Made by a program: the position numbers and the translations under genes. Under the pieces are notes generated by a model. It searched no databases. It saw nothing but the letters and a program-made list of their open reading frames with translations, and was not told the DNA's origin. From the NCBI GenBank assembly GCA_001917665.1, contig MNEL01000020.1, positions 119 through 64,118 on the forward strand: DNA of 64,000 nt. Reading direction: 5' to 3'. How positions within the stretch are numbered: position 1 is the first letter of the stretch; every line of letters starts with the position of its first letter. The DNA is from Gemmatimonadetes bacterium 13_1_40CM_69_22 (lineage in GTDB: Bacteria; Gemmatimonadota; Gemmatimonadetes; Gemmatimonadales; GWC2-71-9). Shown piece after piece: positions 58,903 to 64,000 of the stretch.

Positions 58903-59385
58903 ATGGATGAAGCGGCGAAGAAAACCGTCCTCCGGCACTTCCCCTACGGGCTCTACGCCCTCACGGTCAAGCACGGAGGCGAGGAGCACGGCATGACCGC
59001 CAACTGGATTACCCAGGCGTCCTTTGAGCCCCCGATGGTGGTCGTGGCCGTAGAGAACACGTCGAAGACGATCGGCATGATTCGCGACGCCCACCACTTC
59101 GCAGTCAATGTTTTCCTGCAAGGGCAGCGCGAGCTTGCTGGGAAACTGGGTCGCTCCTCCGCCAACACGCCGCAGAAGCTCAAGGGGATCAAGACGAAGC
59201 CGGGGCCCGTTTCCGGTGCGCCGATCCTCGCCGAGGCGCTGGGGTGGGTCGAGTGCCGCGTCGTCGCCACGCTCCCGGCTGGCGATCACACGCTGGTGCT
59301 CGGCGAGGTGGTCGAAGCGGGCGTGGAGCACGACGGCGGCCAGGCGCTGACCCTAGAGGAGGCGGGGTTCAAATACTCGGGCTAG
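58903..59385 (+). CDS. Flavin reductase family protein
   Basis: GMTANW..QASFEPP, FAVN, ECRV...GDHTLV.GEV. Confidence 0.9.
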   Translation: MDEAAKKTVLRHFPYGLYALTVKHGGEEHGMTANWITQASFEPPMVVVAVENTSKTIGMIRDAHHFAVNVFLQGQRELAGKLGRSSANTPQKLKGIKTKPGPVSGAPILAEALGWVECRVVATLPAGDHTLVLGEVVEAGVEHDGGQALTLEEAGFKYSG

Positions 59386-59401
59386 GTGCTAAGCGCTGCT
59401 G

Positions 59402-61057
59402 CTATGGCTTCTCGTATACCACTTTCCCGCCAACGATCGTGACCGCCACCCGGGCCGTGTTGATCGACTCCGCCGGCATCGTGAACAGATTGCGGTCGAT
59501 CACCACCACGTCCGCATCGTAGCCGGGAGCGAGCGCGCCCCGCGTCTTGTCGTCGAACGTCGCGTAGGCATTCCCGGCGGTGTAGGCGCGCAGGGCCTCG
59601 CCCACGGTGACCCTCTGCTCGGGCACCCACCCGTTCGGATTCTTGCCGTCGAGGGTGCGGCGCGTGACCGCGGCATAAACACCCGCGATCGGGTCGAGCG
59701 GCGCGACGGTCCAATCGGACCCGAACGCGAGCTTCGCCCCGGTGTCCAGCAACGTGCGGAACGCATAGGTCGTCCTGATGCGGACCGGGCCGATACGCTT
59801 CTCGACCCAACGGCCGTCGTCGATGGCGTGATAGGGCTGCATCGACGGAATCACGCCGAGCGTGCCGAACACGGGGATCTCTTGCGGCCGCAGGTGCTGG
59901 GCATGCTCCACCCGGAAGCGGCGGTCCCGCCGCCCGTGCGCCTTGGTCACGCTGTCGTAGATCGACAGGATGAGCGCATTGGCGCGATCGCCGATGGCGT
60001 GCACCGCCACTTGCAACCCCACCGAGTCGGCGTTGCCGATCCACGTGGCGAGGTCCTGGGGCGGGTGCTGCAGCAAGCCGGCATAGCCCGTCGAGTCGGC
60101 GTACGGCTCGAAGAAGGCGGCGGTGCGCGAGCCCGCGGAGCCGTCCGCGAAGCCCTTCAGCCCGCCGATGCGGACCCAGTCGTCCCCCGGGCCCGTGCGC
60201 CGGATTGTGTCCGCGACGGCGCGCCACTCCTCGAGGGGCAAGTACAGCGCCACGCGCATGGTGAGGCGGCCCGCCTGTTCCAGGCGGCGGTAGGTCGCCA
60301 GGTCGGCCCAGGACGCCGCCATGTGCGCGGTGGCAGTGACGCCGAGTGACGCGGCGTGAGCGAGCGCGCGCGCCAGCGCCGAGTCGCGCTGCTCGAGAGA
60401 CGGGTCAGGCTCGGCCCGACCGATGAGATCGAGCGCCTGGTCCTTGAAGATCCCGATGGGCTCGCCGCTCTTTGGGTCGCGCAGGATCTCGCCGCCCGCC
60501 GGCGTGGGAGTGTCCTTGGTAATGCCGGCGGCTTTCATGGCAGCGGCGTTCGCGAGCGCCTCGTGCCCGTCCAGCCGGCTGACGAAGACGGGATTTCTGG
60601 GCGTCACCGAATCGATCCATTCGTGCCGCGGTAGCGGCTGGCCCGGCCAGAGGGTGTGGTCCCAATCGCCGCCGGTGATCCATTGCCCGGGCTTGAGGGT
60701 TCGCGCGTACTCCCGGAGACGCCGGACGAATTCCTGGGGCGTCGCGGCGCTCCGCAAATCGACCGACGCGAGCTGGAACCCGCCGCCGATGAAGTGCGTG
60801 TGGCCATCTGCGAGACCGGGGATCACCAGGCCGCCGTCCGCGCGAATCACGCGGGTGTGGGAGCCGAGGTAGCGGGCGATCGCGGCCGAGTCGCCGACGG
60901 CGAGGATCTTGCCCTCGGCGATCGCCACGGCGCCCGGCTGCGCGGCGCCGGAGGAGAGGCCGGTCCACACCATGCCGCCGCGGATGACGATATCCGCCGG
61001 CTGGCCGCAAGCGGCGAGCGAAAGGCACAACAGTCCCACCCAGAGGTGTCGGCGCAT
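59402..61057 (-). CDS. Amidohydrolase (YtcJ/Amidohydro_3) lipoprotein
   Basis: Lipobox LAAC; PG..DGHTH, KGFADGS, HAIGD, EHAQ, GSDW. Confidence 0.9.
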   Translation of the reverse strand: MRRHLWVGLLCLSLAACGQPADIVIRGGMVWTGLSSGAAQPGAVAIAEGKILAVGDSAAIARYLGSHTRVIRADGGLVIPGLADGHTHFIGGGFQLASVDLRSAATPQEFVRRLREYARTLKPGQWITGGDWDHTLWPGQPLPRHEWIDSVTPRNPVFVSRLDGHEALANAAAMKAAGITKDTPTPAGGEILRDPKSGEPIGIFKDQALDLIGRAEPDPSLEQRDSALARALAHAASLGVTATAHMAASWADLATYRRLEQAGRLTMRVALYLPLEEWRAVADTIRRTGPGDDWVRIGGLKGFADGSAGSRTAAFFEPYADSTGYAGLLQHPPQDLATWIGNADSVGLQVAVHAIGDRANALILSIYDSVTKAHGRRDRRFRVEHAQHLRPQEIPVFGTLGVIPSMQPYHAIDDGRWVEKRIGPVRIRTTYAFRTLLDTGAKLAFGSDWTVAPLDPIAGVYAAVTRRTLDGKNPNGWVPEQRVTVGEALRAYTAGNAYATFDDKTRGALAPGYDADVVVIDRNLFTMPAESINTARVAVTIVGGKVVYEKP

Positions 61058-61066
61058 GCGGTTCCC

Positions 61067-61339
61067 TCAGCGGAGTTTGGTGATGCGGCGGATCGTCTCC
61101 AGCGCGGCGACGGGGTCGGCCCTGGCGCTCTTCCCGGCGCTTCCCTCAGCCACGGCGGGCGGGACGGCGAGGGCGTCGCGGATGTCGAGCAGCACCTCGA
61201 GCAGGAGCTGCTCGCGCTGGTAGGCGGCGTCGACATCGGCCATCCGCGCCTGGTCGCCGCCGGCCTTCGCGCGGTCGTAAGCTTCGCGGTAGATCGATTC
61301 GAGATTGCCGAGGATTCGCTCACGGGGCCGTGGACTCAT
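61067..61339 (-). CDS. Small helical hypothetical protein
   Basis: Coding-like 90-aa frame filling the gap; TATCTT box 8 nt upstream of the ATG. Confidence 0.7.
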   Translation of the reverse strand: MSPRPRERILGNLESIYREAYDRAKAGGDQARMADVDAAYQREQLLLEVLLDIRDALAVPPAVAEGSAGKSARADPVAALETIRRITKLR

Positions 61340-61365
61340 GGCGGGGAAAGATATAGCTTGGCGAC

Positions 61366-61896
61366 ATGAGCCTCAAAGGCAAGAACCTGCTCTTCTTCGC
61401 GGGTCCTCTCTACGAGGACCTCGAGCTGTGGTATCCGAAGATCCGCCTCGAGGAAGAAGGCGCGGCGACGGTGGTTGCGGGATTGGGAGAACGCACCTAC
61501 CAGGGGAAACGCGGCTATCCCGTCACGGTGGACACCAGCGTTGATCAAGTCGACGCGGGAGACTTCAACGGTCTGGTCATCCCCGGCGGGTTCGCGCCCG
61601 ACCAGCTGCGCCGTTCCGAGAAGGTTCTCGCGATCACCCGAGAGATTTTCCGGGCTGGGAAACCGCTCGCGTTCATCTGTCACGCTGGGTGGGTGCCGAT
61701 TTCGGCGAAGATCCTGGACGGCAAACGCGCGACGAGCGTGCGGGCGATCAAGGACGACATGGAGAACGCCGGCGTGATCTGGGAAGATGCCCCCGTAGTG
61801 GTGGACGGCAACCTGATCTCATCGCGCACACCCGCCGACCTGCCGCACTTCTGCCGCGCCCTGATCGCGGCCCTACGCCAGGGACCGCAGGACTAG
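61366..61896 (+). CDS. PfpI/DJ-1 family (type 1 GATase-like) protein
   Basis: YEDLELWYP, IPGGFAPD.LR, ICHAGW, VVVDGNLISSR.P.DL. Confidence 0.92.
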   Translation: MSLKGKNLLFFAGPLYEDLELWYPKIRLEEEGAATVVAGLGERTYQGKRGYPVTVDTSVDQVDAGDFNGLVIPGGFAPDQLRRSEKVLAITREIFRAGKPLAFICHAGWVPISAKILDGKRATSVRAIKDDMENAGVIWEDAPVVVDGNLISSRTPADLPHFCRALIAALRQGPQD

Positions 61897-63126
61897 GCCG
61901 CTGGGCACCTTCGGCACGAAGTAGGTGGACTTGGGCGGCATCACGTCCCCCGCATCCGCCACCGCGAACACCTGCTCCACCTTGGTGGGGTTGAGCAGCA
62001 CCGCGGCCGCCGCCTTCCCGTGGCGCACTGCGTCGAAGGCGGCCCTCGGGTCGGGGGTGTAGGCGAGCGTGGGCGTGGTTGTCCCCGCGCCGAGGATGTA
62101 CTGCACGACGAGCGCCTCGATGCGCGCCACGTCGAGCGCCCGGACCGCGGGCGTCCTGCCCAGCCCCGGGATGTGGTCGAGCTGCGCCTCTTGCTTCAGC
62201 ACCAGGGTGACGTCGTAGGCGCCGGGGAACGCAACGATGCACGCGGTGCGGTCGCGACCCAGCTCGGCGAGGCGTTCGATTCGATCCATACAGGGCGCCA
62301 CGCGGCCCACCTCGAACCACTCGCGCCACCCCTCGATCAGCTTCGCGGCATCGCGGTCGGCCCCGAACACGATCCGGTGTGTGGGGAGGAGCGTCAACCC
62401 GGGATCCGCGGCCGAAACGATGAACGACAGCACCCGGTCGCCGCGGGGGTCTTCCTGCGCGAAGGCGATCGCAGTCTCGTAGCGGTGATGACCGTCCGCG
62501 ATGTAGAGCTGCGCCCGGCCCGCGAGCGCCGCGAGCTCGCGCGCCCTTTCTCCGACCACGCTCCACATGCGGATGCCCACGTCGTCCAGCTCGGCGCGGG
62601 CCGCGGGCGCACCACGCGCCGCCTGCGCGAGGGCCTGGGCGAGCGCTCGGTCGGGGTCGGGGGCGATCAAAAAGATCGACTCCAGGCTGGTCCGCGTCGC
62701 CCGGAGCAGCGCGAGCCGGTCCGCCTTGGGGGCCGCGTGGGTCTGCTCGTGCGGTCGCACGCGTCGCGTCGCGAACGGCTCCGCCCGCACGGCGGCGAAC
62801 ATCCCGACGCGCGCACGGCGCTCGCCCGACGGCAGCCCGTAGTCCTGCGCGACGACGTAGACCGCGTCCCCCGGGTCCGGCTGCAGCACACCCGCGCTCC
62901 GCCATGCCGCCAGGCGCTCGGCGGCGCCGGCGTATCGATCCGCGTCGGCCGGCGCTTCCGGCAGGATGAGGTGGACGATATTGTGAGAGTCCCGCGCCGC
63001 GTAGCCCGCCCGCTGTGCGGGCGCGATGACGTCGTAGGGCGGCGCGATCAGCGCACTCAGCCGGTGCTGGGCCGCATACCGCTCGCCGCGGAACGGGACC
63101 ACGAGCGGTGGCAGATCGACACTCAC
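61873..63126 (-). CDS. DUF1015 family protein
   Basis: PFRG, APPYDVI, PHE.T, YIADGHHRYETA, PTHR, MPPKSTYFVPK..SGL. Confidence 0.9.
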   Translation of the reverse strand: MSVDLPPLVVPFRGERYAAQHRLSALIAPPYDVIAPAQRAGYAARDSHNIVHLILPEAPADADRYAGAAERLAAWRSAGVLQPDPGDAVYVVAQDYGLPSGERRARVGMFAAVRAEPFATRRVRPHEQTHAAPKADRLALLRATRTSLESIFLIAPDPDRALAQALAQAARGAPAARAELDDVGIRMWSVVGERARELAALAGRAQLYIADGHHRYETAIAFAQEDPRGDRVLSFIVSAADPGLTLLPTHRIVFGADRDAAKLIEGWREWFEVGRVAPCMDRIERLAELGRDRTACIVAFPGAYDVTLVLKQEAQLDHIPGLGRTPAVRALDVARIEALVVQYILGAGTTTPTLAYTPDPRAAFDAVRHGKAAAAVLLNPTKVEQVFAVADAGDVMPPKSTYFVPKVPSGLVLRSLA

Positions 63127-63144
63127 GCTTGCCCGGAGCCTCCC

Positions 63145-63459
63145 TTGTCCCTGCGCGAAACCCAACAGACAGTCGATCGCTGGATCGGGCAATATAAGGA
63201 AGGATACTTCTCGCCGCTGACGAACGTCGTCCGGCTAACGGAAGAGGTGGGCGAGCTCGCGCGCGAGATCAACCACCGGTTTGGCGAGAAGACCAAGAAG
63301 CAGGACGAGGCGGAGGGCTCGGTGGCGATGGAGCTCGCCGACATCCTCTTCGTCGTCGTCTGCATCGCCAACTCGCAGCGGATCGACCTCGATCAGGCCT
63401 TCGCGGCGATGATGCAGAAGGTGGAGACCCGGGACCGGGAACGGTGGAAGCGGAAATAG
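63145..63459 (+). CDS. MazG-like nucleotide pyrophosphohydrolase (YpjD type)
   Basis: TTG start after GGAG; YFSPL...LTEEVGELARE.N, ELAD.LFV, RD..RW. Confidence 0.88.
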   Translation: MSLRETQQTVDRWIGQYKEGYFSPLTNVVRLTEEVGELAREINHRFGEKTKKQDEAEGSVAMELADILFVVVCIANSQRIDLDQAFAAMMQKVETRDRERWKRK

Positions 63460-63559
63460 GCTGCGGGGATTGCGGTTTGGGTGGCCGGCTCGAATCTTTG
63501 TACCCCTGATGACCAACGGCCGCGTCGCAGGCGACTGCTCGATGCCTGGTGTCCGGGCC

Positions 63560-64000
63560 ATGCGCCGAGTGGCGGCGGTGCTGCTCGGCGTGTCCTGCAT
63601 CGGTGAGTCCGCAAGCCGGAAGGGACCGTCCGACCGAGTCGCAGCCGACACCCCCTACCATGCGGCCGGCGAGGAGGGCAGCGGCGTCGCTGTCGCCATC
63701 GTGCTCGACAACTCGGGCTCCATGGGGAATGCCGCCCCCGGGGACACGCGTCCCAAGACCGACGTCGCCCGCGCGGCGATCGCCACGATGCTCGACGCGA
63801 CCGAAGGCTTCATTCGGGCGCACCCCGACGTGCCGGTGAAGGTCGCGATGCTCTGGTTTGCAGGCAGCCGGCACGTGACGACGGTGCTTCCGGTGCAAGG
63901 CTATAGCCCGGACGCGGTGCGAGCCGCCCTGCACAGCATCCCCCGCCCCTCGGGCGGCACGGCGATCGGCGTGGCGCTGGAGGTCGCGCGCGAGCAATTG
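63560..64000 (+). CDS. vWA domain protein, 3'-truncated (alternative starts 63509, 63542)
   Basis: Manual translation: MIDAS IVLDNSGSM and GGTAIG.AL; frame open to the window end. Confidence 0.85.
   Translation, partial: MRRVAAVLLGVSCIGESASRKGPSDRVAADTPYHAAGEEGSGVAVAIVLDNSGSMGNAAPGDTRPKTDVARAAIATMLDATEGFIRAHPDVPVKVAMLWFAGSRHVTTVLPVQGYSPDAVRAALHSIPRPSGGTAIGVALEVAREQL

Overview
High-GC (roughly 70% by eye), gene-dense bacterial window, most likely from a Gemmatimonadota/FCB-group organism (inferred from gene repertoire and signal-peptide style). It holds about 49 CDSs. These include a purine-catabolism cluster (msrA-BKACE-allB-alc-uraD-uraH-puuD, convergent on a three-subunit xanthine dehydrogenase), Lhr and an atypical HrpA/B-like helicase, ispH, pfkA, an MCP/kelch/twin OmpA-TSP3 block, several peptidases, a swivel-first aconitase-family fusion, TrmB and TetR regulators with visible operators, lon, a Ser/Thr kinase, a fused E1 dehydrogenase and small housekeeping genes. 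No rRNA, tRNA, CRISPR array or transposase was seen. Main signals not captured by the ORF track: (1) an Rdx/SelW-type selenoprotein (CxxU plus SECIS hairpin) translationally coupled to pfkA; (2) 7- and 8-mer micro-arrays inserted in frame in proteins, with one 33-bp copy identical between an intergenic site and the inside of lhr; (3) a DEAH helicase with motif Ia placed before the Walker A motif; (4) an 82-bp REP-doublet-like palindrome covering the uraD start; (5) recurrent leaderless and bidirectional TAnnTT(T) promoters and CTGA-coupled starts. All calls are by motif recognition only; no database searches were run.
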